From Dehalococcoidia bacterium (GTDB taxonomy: Bacteria > Chloroflexota > Dehalococcoidia > Lucifugimonadales > UBA3495): a stretch of 64,000 nucleotides of DNA. Below the pieces are notes generated by a model. It was given only the letters and a program-made list of their open reading frames with translations. It made no database searches and was not told the origin of the DNA. Below are positions 55,623 to 64,000 of the stretch, in pieces. Where the stretch lies: assembly GCA_034428795.1 (NCBI GenBank), contig DAOUHF010000121.1, positions 3,680-67,679 of the forward strand, in the 5' to 3' direction. A program made the position numbers and the translations under genes. Position 1 is the stretch's first letter. The number at the start of each line of letters is the position of its first letter.

Positions 55623-56974
55623 CGGCTCCCCGGACGGCGCCGGCTGCTCCCGGCAGCAACGGGCACTTCCAGTCCCACTACATTCCCAACACCCCCGATG
55701 AACAGGCCGCGATGTTGGAAACCCTCGGCCTGGCCTCTATCGACCAGCTTTTCGACGACATTCCCGCCGAATTCCGCAACCCCTCCCTGGGCTTGCCGCC
55801 GCCGCTCTCCGAGTTGGAAATTCAGCGAGAGTTGGGGGCCTTGGCCGCCCAGAACCGCCCTTTGGGCAGCGGCCCGTCGTTCTTGGGCGCGGGATGCTAC
55901 CACCATTTCATCCCGGCCATCGTGAAGGCCCTGATGACCCGCGGCGAGTTTCTGACCGCCTACACTCCCTACCAAGCCGAGGCCAGCCAAGGAACGCTTC
56001 AGGTCATCTACGAGTTCCAGACGCTGGTCTGCAACCTGTTCGATATGGACGTTGGCAACGCCGGAATGTACGACGGCGCCACCAGCCTGGCGGAAGCGGC
56101 TTTGATGGCCTGCCGGGTGACCCGCCGCAACAAGGTGATTGTGCTGGACACGGTGTCCCCGGCGTACAACGAGGTCATTCACACCTACTGCCGTCCCCAG
56201 AACATCGAAGTGCTCACCGCCCCGGCCGAATCGTCCGGCATCGATGATGAATCAGCGTGCGTCGTGGTCCAGTACCCCAACTTCTTCGGCTATATCGAAG
56301 ACTTGGCGGGACTGATGGACGCCGCCCATTCCCACGGAGCGTTGGGCGTGGTCTCCTGCGACCCCATCGCGGTGGGCATGTTCCAACCACCAGGACACTT
56401 CGGGGCCGACATCGTAACCGGCGAGGGCCAGTCCCTGGGCATTCCGGCCAGCTTCGGCGGGCCGTACCTCGGACTCTTTGCGACCAAACAGGAATTCATC
56501 CGCCAGATGCCCAGCCGCCTGTCCGGGCGGACCGTTGACCGCAACGGCGAGACCGGGTACGTATTGACGCTCCAGACGCGGGAACAGCACATCCGCCGGG
56601 AACGGGCCACCTCCAACATCTGCACCAACGAGGCCCTCTACGCACTGGCCTCCACGATATATCTGGCCGCCTTGGGCAAGAGCGGCCTGAAGCAGGTGGC
56701 AGAGTTGTGCTACCACAAAGCGCACTATGCCGCATCTGAGATTGCGGCCCTCCCGGGCTATTCCCTGCCGTCGCCGGGGACCTTTTTCCAGGAATTCGTG
56801 GTCCAGTGCCCGCTGCCCGCGCCGGAGATAAACCGGAGGCTGATGGAGCGAAACATCCTGGGCGGGTTGGACGTCGGGGACCGCTGGCCCCACGGCATGC
56901 TGCTGTGCGTCACGGAGATGAGCGCCAAGGCCGAAATCGATGCCCTAGTCGCCGCCCTGGCGGAGGTGTCCTGA
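55619..56974 (+). CDS. gcvPA: Glycine dehydrogenase subunit 1
   Basis: FLGAGCYHH, AYTPYQAE.SQG, TREQHIRRERATSNICTN. Confidence 0.95.
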   Translation: MTAPRTAPAAPGSNGHFQSHYIPNTPDEQAAMLETLGLASIDQLFDDIPAEFRNPSLGLPPPLSELEIQRELGALAAQNRPLGSGPSFLGAGCYHHFIPAIVKALMTRGEFLTAYTPYQAEASQGTLQVIYEFQTLVCNLFDMDVGNAGMYDGATSLAEAALMACRVTRRNKVIVLDTVSPAYNEVIHTYCRPQNIEVLTAPAESSGIDDESACVVVQYPNFFGYIEDLAGLMDAAHSHGALGVVSCDPIAVGMFQPPGHFGADIVTGEGQSLGIPASFGGPYLGLFATKQEFIRQMPSRLSGRTVDRNGETGYVLTLQTREQHIRRERATSNICTNEALYALASTIYLAALGKSGLKQVAELCYHKAHYAASEIAALPGYSLPSPGTFFQEFVVQCPLPAPEINRRLMERNILGGLDVGDRWPHGMLLCVTEMSAKAEIDALVAALAEVS

Positions 56975-58431
56975 TGCGACAAGGCGGCAATCGGGAGACT
57001 TCCCAACTGCTGATGGAGCGCAGCGTACCGGGCCGGGTCGGGTGCGTGCTGCCCGGCTTGGACGTGCCCGCGCAGCCGCTCCCGGACGCCGCTTTGCTGC
57101 GCGACAAACTGGCGCTTCCGGAGATTTCCGAGCCGGAGGTCGTCCAGTACTTCACGGGACTCAGCCAGCGCAACTTTTCCATCGACACCCATTTCTACCC
57201 CCTGGGCAGTTGTACCATGAAGTACAACCCCAAAATCAACGACGAGACCGCCTTCCTGCCAGGCTTTGCGGGCATCCACCCGCTGCAGCCCGCCGCGCAG
57301 TCCCAGGGCGCGCTGGAATTGCTGTACCGGCTGCAGGAGTTCTTGGGCGAGATCACCGGCCTGCCTGCCGTCAGCCTGGCCACATTGGCCGGCGCCCACG
57401 GCGAGCTGGCGGGCATGTTGATGATCCGGGCGCATCACCAAGCCAACGGCGACACCGGCCGGGTGAAAGTGGCGATTCCCGACAGCGCCCACGGCACCAA
57501 CCCGGCCTCGGCCGCCATGGCGGGATTCGAAGTCGTCGAGATGCGCTCCAACCGCGACGGCAACCTTGACCTGGACGCGGTGCACGAGATCGCGGGACCG
57601 GACTTGGCGGGCGTGATGATTACCCTGCCCAGCACCCTGGGCCTGTTCAACCCCAACATCGTGGAAGTTTGCCGCATAGTCCACGAGGCCGGCGGGCTGG
57701 TCTACGGCGACGGCGCAAACATGAACGCGCTGTTGGGCCGGGTGAAGCTGGGTGAATTGGGCTTTGACGTGGCCCACCTGAACCTGCACAAGACCTTCAG
57801 CACACCCCACGGCGGCGGCGGCCCCGGTTCGGGGCCGGTCTGCGCCAACGTGACTCTTGCGCCGTACCTGGCCGCGCCGGTGGTGGCGCGGGGCGAAGGA
57901 GGCTACAACCTGGCCGCGCCGGAGAACAGCATCGGCAAGCTGGCCGGCTTCCACGGCAACTTCGGCGTGCTGGTGCGGGCCTACACCTATATCCGGACGC
58001 TGGGTGCGGACGGCATCAAGTCCATCAGCGGCAACGCGGTCCTGAACGCAAACTACATGATGGAAGCACTGAAGGGCGTCTACCGCCTGCCCTATGACCG
58101 CACCTGTATGCACGAGGCGGTCTTTGCCGCCGACTGGCAAAAGGCCCGCGGCGCCGGGGGCCTGGAGATCGCCAAACGCCTGCTGGACTATGGCTTCCAC
58201 GCCCCTACGATGTACTTCCCGCTGATCGTCCCCGAATGCCTGATGATCGAACCGACGGAGTCCGAGACCCAGGAGACTATTGACCGTTTCGTGGAGGCCC
58301 TGATCGCCATCGACCGCGAGGTCACCGAAGACCCCGACCTGGTCCGCAACGCTCCACACACCACCCCGGTGGCGCGGCTGGACGAGGCACTGGCAGCGCG
58401 CCGGCCGAATTTACGCTGGATTGGGAGTTAG
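56974..58431 (+). CDS. gcvPB: Glycine dehydrogenase subunit 2
   Basis: YPLGSCTMKYNP, HGTNPASA, HLNLHKTFSTPHGGGGPG; TGATG overlap. Confidence 0.95.
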   Translation: MRQGGNRETSQLLMERSVPGRVGCVLPGLDVPAQPLPDAALLRDKLALPEISEPEVVQYFTGLSQRNFSIDTHFYPLGSCTMKYNPKINDETAFLPGFAGIHPLQPAAQSQGALELLYRLQEFLGEITGLPAVSLATLAGAHGELAGMLMIRAHHQANGDTGRVKVAIPDSAHGTNPASAAMAGFEVVEMRSNRDGNLDLDAVHEIAGPDLAGVMITLPSTLGLFNPNIVEVCRIVHEAGGLVYGDGANMNALLGRVKLGELGFDVAHLNLHKTFSTPHGGGGPGSGPVCANVTLAPYLAAPVVARGEGGYNLAAPENSIGKLAGFHGNFGVLVRAYTYIRTLGADGIKSISGNAVLNANYMMEALKGVYRLPYDRTCMHEAVFAADWQKARGAGGLEIAKRLLDYGFHAPTMYFPLIVPECLMIEPTESETQETIDRFVEALIAIDREVTEDPDLVRNAPHTTPVARLDEALAARRPNLRWIGS

Positions 58432-58435
58432 GGGG

Positions 58436-59332
58436 TTAAGCGGTATTGACTGTTAAGTCCTGTCCTACACGGGTCAAAAACTCGCTCTGCCCTTCTTTGT
58501 CGTCCCAAGAGTAACTGCTGTACGATGACTTTTCCCCGGCGGCTGCCAGCAGCTTGGCGGCTGGTTCCTGAACCCAGTCTTCTCTTCCAAAACCGTAGAC
58601 CATCCTGACGCCGATTTCACTGCCGTTGTCAACAGACCAGGCGAGGTCATTAGCAACAGCAATCGTCTTATCTGCCTTATCCAGCGGCTTCGTTACGTCC
58701 AGGTCCACAGCCAATATGTAGACTATTTTGCCGGAATCTTCCTTGCTTCCCTCGAAAGGCGGATAAGTAGTAGTGTAGCTCAAGTCGACCCAGTGCGACC
58801 TGTTGGTTAAGCCGCGAACAGTATGCTGCGGCACTATTACGTGGCTGAACCCCTCTTGAACCAGCCTGTTCGTTAATTCACGTGCCGTTCTTCCGACTTT
58901 TCGCGCTGCGTTGGCCCTCTGCGGAGTTGGAGAAGAAGTCGGAATCAATACCGGGACCAACGCTATTACCCGGGCCAGTTCCATCAGCCAATACCGTAAT
59001 CCGTCTTCAGTTGTTTCTACGTTGACTAACCCTGTTTCAAGGTCTTTTTTCAGGGCGGAATCGGAAAGCAGCCGCTGTACCGCCTCCCGGTCCGGCCTCG
59101 TTGGCCCATTCCGCCTCGATTCGAATAGCAATGCCGAAATGTGGCCGCCATCATGAATTACAATGTGTCCGTCGCTCTCGGTAACGTACACGGAGATGAC
59201 ATCCCCACTAGGCTCCAGTAGCGGCAGAGTCACCTGACAAACTTCGTCGCCTGTGACCATCGGGTGCAATGACACTCCCATCCACTCAGAAAATTGCCGG
59301 TCGATCACTTTTTTCAAATACTCGGGATTCAT
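58436..59332 (-). CDS. DUF1828-like domain protein with C-terminal restriction-fold-like region
   Basis: VTLPLLEPSGDVISVYV..IVIHDGG; lower GC. Confidence 0.65.
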   Translation of the reverse strand: MNPEYLKKVIDRQFSEWMGVSLHPMVTGDEVCQVTLPLLEPSGDVISVYVTESDGHIVIHDGGHISALLFESRRNGPTRPDREAVQRLLSDSALKKDLETGLVNVETTEDGLRYWLMELARVIALVPVLIPTSSPTPQRANAARKVGRTARELTNRLVQEGFSHVIVPQHTVRGLTNRSHWVDLSYTTTYPPFEGSKEDSGKIVYILAVDLDVTKPLDKADKTIAVANDLAWSVDNGSEIGVRMVYGFGREDWVQEPAAKLLAAAGEKSSYSSYSWDDKEGQSEFLTRVGQDLTVNTA

Positions 59333-59334
59333 TG

Positions 59335-59835
59335 TTAGCCTCCGGACAGCCTCCTTTGCTGCTCAACAGGGTCCCCAACGAGATTGATTTCCGCTGCAAA
59401 CACCGTAACGGCATCACGCAGCGAAATCGATTCAGGCACGTTCCAATTGTATACCCTCGTTCTAGCGCTCCTGCTATCAATTACGCTGAACACCGTCGTA
59501 GGAAAGTGAATATGAGGCCCAGAGAAGAGCGGGCCATTGTCAGGTTCTTGATGAGGGCCGCCTATGTGCGCACGCCGCAATAATCTATCTCCGTGCCAAA
59601 GTCTGATAATGATTGCTCCTCTGAGTTCCTGATATGCTCGTACAAGAAAGCTTCCCTCTCGTTCTATTTCGTCGTTTGGCTCGGCAAGGCGCAATTCAGA
59701 TTCGTAACCATCAGCAAATTCGGTGGAAGAGGGTAGTTGATGGAGCACTCCCCATCTCTTTTCAGCCGCAACCGCTCGCTCCACGGCCGTTTGCGTCTCC
59801 TCTCCGCTTCTCCAATGGTTTTGTCGCTGAACCAC
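59335..59835 (-). CDS. Hypothetical protein with His motifs, coupled to the DUF1828-like gene
   Basis: HIGGPHQEPD...SGPHIHF; 2-bp gap to the next gene. Confidence 0.65.
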   Translation of the reverse strand: MVQRQNHWRSGEETQTAVERAVAAEKRWGVLHQLPSSTEFADGYESELRLAEPNDEIEREGSFLVRAYQELRGAIIIRLWHGDRLLRRAHIGGPHQEPDNGPLFSGPHIHFPTTVFSVIDSRSARTRVYNWNVPESISLRDAVTVFAAEINLVGDPVEQQRRLSGG

Positions 59836-59873
59836 AATCCTCCTGTCAAAGGACGCTGTTCAGGCTAACAGCA

Positions 59874-60818
59874 CTACCCGCTGCCCGCGTTCCGCTCTTC
59901 CTCCAGTACGGCGTTCAACAGTGCCTCGTCCACGCGTACCTCTACTCCGGAGCGTTCCTCCTGCAGCAGCATGGCGACGCGCGAGTCGCGGAGGCCCCAG
60001 CCCCGGTTTAGAGCCTCGGTCATTTCCTGGAGCGTTAGCTGGGCCAGGCGCATAGGGACGTCGTACTCGCGGCCCACCCCGACGGCCAGGTCGACGTCTT
60101 TGCGGGCGAGGCGCAGGGCGAAGTCGGGCGGATCGAACTTGCCGGGGAGCAGGTGTTCCGCCAAGCCCTCGAAGACTCCCCGGCGTCCTACGGCGCCCTT
60201 CCGCACCGCCTGCCACAGCGCCAGCGGCTCCACGCCGGCCTTCACGCCCATGGTGAACACTTCCGCCAGCGCCGCCTGCACGATGTACCCGGTGCAGTTG
60301 TGGACCAGCTTGGCGATGGCGCCGCAGCCGATGGGCCCCACGTAGTAGGCCTTGTCGCCGATGCTGTCGAGCACCAGCTTGCAACGGTCGAAGACGTCCT
60401 TGTCGCCGCCGACCCATATCGCAAGGTTGCCGGTGCGAGCTCCCCTCGGCCCTCCGCTCACGGGAGCGTCCAGCACGTGGATGCCCCGAGCTGCCGCTTG
60501 TTCGTGAATGTGGCGGATCAGGCCCGGTGTGCTGGTGCTGAGGTCGAAGTAGACCTTGTTCTCGCTGAGACCCTCCAGGATGCCGTCCTCGCCCAGCCCG
60601 ACCGCCTCCACCTCCGTGGGGCCGGGCAGCGAGGTGAAGACGATCTCCGAGGCCTCCGCGACCTGCCGGGGGGAGTCCGCCCACTCCGCGCCGGCCTCCA
60701 AGTGCTGGGTGGCCGCCTCGCGCCGAATGTCGTGGACGACCATCTCGTTGCCACCCTGCAGGCAGTTGTAGGCCATGCTGGCCCCCATGGTGCCCAGTCC
60801 GATAAATCCAACTTTCAT
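59874..60818 (-). CDS. NAD(P)-dependent beta-hydroxyacid dehydrogenase (3-hydroxyisobutyrate DH family)
   Basis: VGFIGLGTMG, LDAPVSGG, GAIAKLVHN, KDVDLA. Confidence 0.92.
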   Translation of the reverse strand: MKVGFIGLGTMGASMAYNCLQGGNEMVVHDIRREAATQHLEAGAEWADSPRQVAEASEIVFTSLPGPTEVEAVGLGEDGILEGLSENKVYFDLSTSTPGLIRHIHEQAAARGIHVLDAPVSGGPRGARTGNLAIWVGGDKDVFDRCKLVLDSIGDKAYYVGPIGCGAIAKLVHNCTGYIVQAALAEVFTMGVKAGVEPLALWQAVRKGAVGRRGVFEGLAEHLLPGKFDPPDFALRLARKDVDLAVGVGREYDVPMRLAQLTLQEMTEALNRGWGLRDSRVAMLLQEERSGVEVRVDEALLNAVLEEERNAGSG

Positions 60819-60949
60819 GTCGGCCTCCGTAGGTGTTAGTCTTCAAAAACGGCTGTATTTAACCACAGAGAGCGTTAGAGAGCACAGAGCGATCAATAAA
60901 CTTGTATTCTCTGTGGTAAAAAGGATGGTCGAGGAACGGAGGTCGGGAA

Positions 60950-61939
60950 ATGGCGGAACAGCAAGAGCAGCTCTGGGAATTCGACTCGGTGGAGCCGGGG
61001 CAGGCGGGTGCTTCGACTGTAGTCGACATCACTGCTGAGAACATCGCGGAGTGCGCCCGGGTATCGTTGAACGACCACCCCCGCTACCGGGCCGATGACG
61101 GCCGAAGCATACCCATGCCCACCATGGTCCTCAGCTATGCCCCATTGCTCCGGGACGAAATAGCGGAGGCCAACGGGTTCGTGGCCTTGGAGCAATCCAA
61201 GACGGCCCGCCGCCAGACGCCCTTCGCCAAATGCGAAATCCGCTGGGAGCGTCCGGTAAAGGCCGGCGACTCCATCACCGGGACCCGCCGCGTCCTGGAG
61301 AAGTACGAGAGACGGGGCAGCAGGTTCGTCACATTCCGTGTGGAAGCGTCAAACCAGGAAAGGCAGCGCGTCGCCTCCTACGAGTACACCTGCATCTTCG
61401 AGTACGCCAAGGGCCAGCGGGAGACGCCCGAGACCCCGGATTCGGCCTCCCCTGCCCCGGGAGGACCGGCGCATCAGGCCGCTGCCAGACCCGCTTCGCC
61501 CCGGTTGCTGGACTACTCGACCGCCGCCGAGGGGTTGCAAATGGCGCAGCTGTCCATCACCGAGAGCCAAGAAATTATGAACCGCAAGAACGGCTTCCGG
61601 TTGGCCGGGCGGGCCAATGAAAGCAACATCCATACCGACGAAGAGTTCGCCAGGCAGAATATCTTCGGCGGCACGGTGAACTCCGGCCCGGCAACGATGT
61701 CCTACGTCGACCAGATGTTGCAGCTTTCTTTCCCGGCGGAGGCCTTCTACAACGGCGGGAGGCTGCTGATGCGGGCGATAACCCCCTTCCGCAGCGGCGA
61801 CACGGTCGCGTTCCAAGGAGAAATCAACGGCAGACGGGAGGAAGGCGGCCTGGGCATCGTTGAGTGCGGCGTCCGCGGCGTCAACCAGCGCGGCGAGTTG
61901 GTGTGCCTGGCCGATGCCTCGCTGGTACTTCCTCGTTGA
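60950..61939 (+). CDS. Double-hotdog MaoC-like dehydratase
   Basis: Two hotdog halves; SNIHTDEEFAR..FGGTVNSG. Confidence 0.8.
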   Translation: MAEQQEQLWEFDSVEPGQAGASTVVDITAENIAECARVSLNDHPRYRADDGRSIPMPTMVLSYAPLLRDEIAEANGFVALEQSKTARRQTPFAKCEIRWERPVKAGDSITGTRRVLEKYERRGSRFVTFRVEASNQERQRVASYEYTCIFEYAKGQRETPETPDSASPAPGGPAHQAAARPASPRLLDYSTAAEGLQMAQLSITESQEIMNRKNGFRLAGRANESNIHTDEEFARQNIFGGTVNSGPATMSYVDQMLQLSFPAEAFYNGGRLLMRAITPFRSGDTVAFQGEINGRREEGGLGIVECGVRGVNQRGELVCLADASLVLPR

Positions 61940-62001
61940 TACCCGTAACAGCAATTCGTGGATAGTCCCTACGGCCGAATTGGCCGCCGGTCCGTCCGGC
62001 C

Positions 62002-62427
62002 TTAGCCCCGAACTATCCCGTAAACCCGCTGGGGGGTTACCAGCACGATTACGGCGTCCTGCTGCACCATCGCCACGTCGTACTCTTCCCAATCGGGGTG
62101 GTCTTTGTCGCCACAGGCGCGGAACACCTCGCGCAGTTCGACGCGCATCGTTTCGGCGTCGGTGTTGTGGTAGTCCATGAGCGTGGACGTGCCTTCGACG
62201 GCGGCGCAGCTCCGCCAGTCCTCGCTGACGGCCATGACGGTGCAACGGTTGTCGCGGCGCAGGTTGCCCACCTTGACCGAGTTGCCCCGCACGATGACGA
62301 AGGCCGCCTTGCCCTGATACGCGCCGCAGACCACGATGCTGCCGTGGCCCGCGCCGTTGCGCCGGTAGGTGGTGATGACCCCCCGATGATTGCTCTTGAC
62401 GAAATTCTCGTAGTCCTGAAATTCCAT
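62002..62427 (-). CDS. PPOX-class (F420-dependent-like) oxidoreductase
   Basis: GVITTYRRNG, VKVGNLRRDNRC, YDVAMVQQDAVIV. Confidence 0.85.
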   Translation of the reverse strand: MEFQDYENFVKSNHRGVITTYRRNGAGHGSIVVCGAYQGKAAFVIVRGNSVKVGNLRRDNRCTVMAVSEDWRSCAAVEGTSTLMDYHNTDAETMRVELREVFRACGDKDHPDWEEYDVAMVQQDAVIVLVTPQRVYGIVRG

Positions 62428-62527
62428 TTCGATACCTCCGGGCCGTGGCCCGCAATGATTAACTCAACTGGTATAACATACCCGTCATTCCTGCGGAAAC
62501 GCCAGCTGGAACTGAGAGGAAAGAGCG

Positions 62528-63350
62528 ATGCAATACAAAGAGCTGGGCAACTCCGGCGTTATGATACCCGAAATCGGCCTGGGCACGTGGAAATACCGGG
62601 GCGGACCCAAGCCGCTGCAACGCGGCATCGAGTTGGGGGCCAACTTCATCGACACCGCCGAGATGTACCGCACCGAGGACGTGGTAGGGGAGGCGGTCCG
62701 GGGTATCCGCGACCGGGTGTTCGTTGCGACGAAGGTGTTGGCCAGTAATCTCCGCTACGACGACGTGATGCGGGCCGCCGAGAAAAGCCTGCGTCTGCTG
62801 GACGACGACGTCATAGACCTCTACCAGATTCACTGGCCCAACCGGTCGGTCCCAATCGCCGAAACCATGCGGGCCATGGAGGAGTTGGTGGCGCGGGGGA
62901 TGGTCAGGTATATCGGGGTGAGTAACTTTTCGTTGGATGGACTGCGGGAAGCGCAGGGGGTGATGACCAACAATCCCATCGTTTCCAACCAAGTGCTGTA
63001 TAACCTCAAGCGCCGTCACATCGAGCGGGACTTGGTACCATACTGCCAGGAACACCGGATAACGGTCATCGCCTATACACCGCTGTCCGACGGGACACTT
63101 GCCAAGGACGACGGGGCCGGGAAACCGCGCCTGTTGCCCCGGCCGGAAGCTGTCGGTATTGCAGGACATCGCCAGGGAATTGAACAAGACCCCGGCGCAG
63201 GTGGCCCTGAACTGGTGCGTCTCCCGCCCCTGCGTGGTAGCCATCCCCAAGACCAACAGCGTGGCCCGCACTGAGGAAAACTGCGGCGCCTCCGGGTGGC
63301 GGCTGACCACGGAGCAACTCAAAAAGCTGGAGGAAGCGTATCCAGCGTAA
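62528..63350 (+). pseudogene. Aldo/keto reductase, frameshifted at ~63100-63150
   Basis: IGLGTW, IDTAEMY, DLYQIHWP, IGVSNF in the first frame; LQDIARELNKTPAQVALNW..IPK..ENCGA in the second frame, ending 63350. Confidence 0.8.
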
Positions 63351-63465
63351 CCGGGTTGACAAAATTTCTCTCCCTGACTACGGTTAGGCCGAAGAAATAC
63401 CACAGCCGGGTGCTTGGGAGTGGGAGGCTGGGGACGTAGACAGGCTGTGACTTGGGGTGCCGCCA

Positions 63466-64000
63466 ATGGCTGCTGAAAGCTCCTTACCTGCCGCCGCAAC
63501 CAACGGAACGAGCTATGAAAAACAGCCCTACATAAAAGTCAATTCGGTCTGGAAGGTGTTCGGCAAGGACCCGGAGAAAGTCCTCGCCCCCCAGTATGCC
63601 GGCAAGGACAAAGCCTACTTCCAAGCTGAATTCGGCAACGTTATCGGTCTTCAGGACGTTTCCTTCGAAGTCAATCAAGGGGAAACGTTTGTCATCATGG
63701 GTCTCTCGGGCAGCGGCAAGTCCACGATGGTGCGCTGCCTGACCCGCTTGATCGAGCCCACCGGCGGCGAGATCGTCATCGACGGCGAAAACGTCACCGC
63801 AATGTCCGAGAAGCAGCTCATAGCCTTCCGCCGCAACAAGATTGCGATGGTCTTCCAGCACTACGGCCTGATGCCGCACCGCAACGTGTTGGACAACGCC
63901 TCATGGGGGTTGGAAGTCCAAGGCGTTGGCCAAGAAGAACGCTACGCCCGCGCCCGTGAGATATTGGATATGGTCGGGTTGGGGGATTGGGAGATGTCCT
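63466..64000 (+). CDS. Glycine betaine/proline ABC transporter ATP-binding subunit (ProV/OpuAA-like), runs off the window
   Basis: Manual translation from ATG 63466: VWKVFG, FVIMGLSGSGKST, LIEPTGG, MVFQHYGLMPHRNVLDN. Confidence 0.9.
   Translation, partial: MAAESSLPAAATNGTSYEKQPYIKVNSVWKVFGKDPEKVLAPQYAGKDKAYFQAEFGNVIGLQDVSFEVNQGETFVIMGLSGSGKSTMVRCLTRLIEPTGGEIVIDGENVTAMSEKQLIAFRRNKIAMVFQHYGLMPHRNVLDNASWGLEVQGVGQEERYARAREILDMVGLGDWEMS

Overview
GC-rich bacterial chromosome segment. Gene content (CaiB/BaiF CoA-transferases, MaoC dehydratases, F420-type PPOX proteins, an auracyanin-like domain) suggests Chloroflexota, Dehalococcoidia/SAR202-like; this is an inference. The backbone carries tRNA-Ile2(CAT), acs, ggt, a cobalamin-riboswitch-controlled btu-type ABC importer, a caa3-type oxidase operon, gcvT-H-PA-PB and the start of a ProV-like transporter. 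Accessory material is interleaved. (1) An island downstream of the tRNA 3' end encodes a thymine-hypermodification-family protein, an apparently inactive dCTP-deaminase-fold protein with two C-terminal TM helices, and MazG, plus an hsdM scar. (2) A 4 kb integrase-less element bounded by an exact 28-bp direct repeat encodes an atypical Hsp70, a GreA-associated-domain/coiled-coil/GrpE-like protein and a Cys-rich protein. (3) A type I-like R gene plus an M-S fusion flank a decayed GxxExxY cassette. (4) Several solitary nuclease or TA cassettes occur. The ORF track misses two selenoproteins (UGSC family; Sec-rhodanese), two independently inactivated hicA toxins, a doubly frameshifted DUF4276-like gene and several other pseudogenes. 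No CRISPR array, rRNA or integrase was seen. All family calls are from motif recognition, not database searches.
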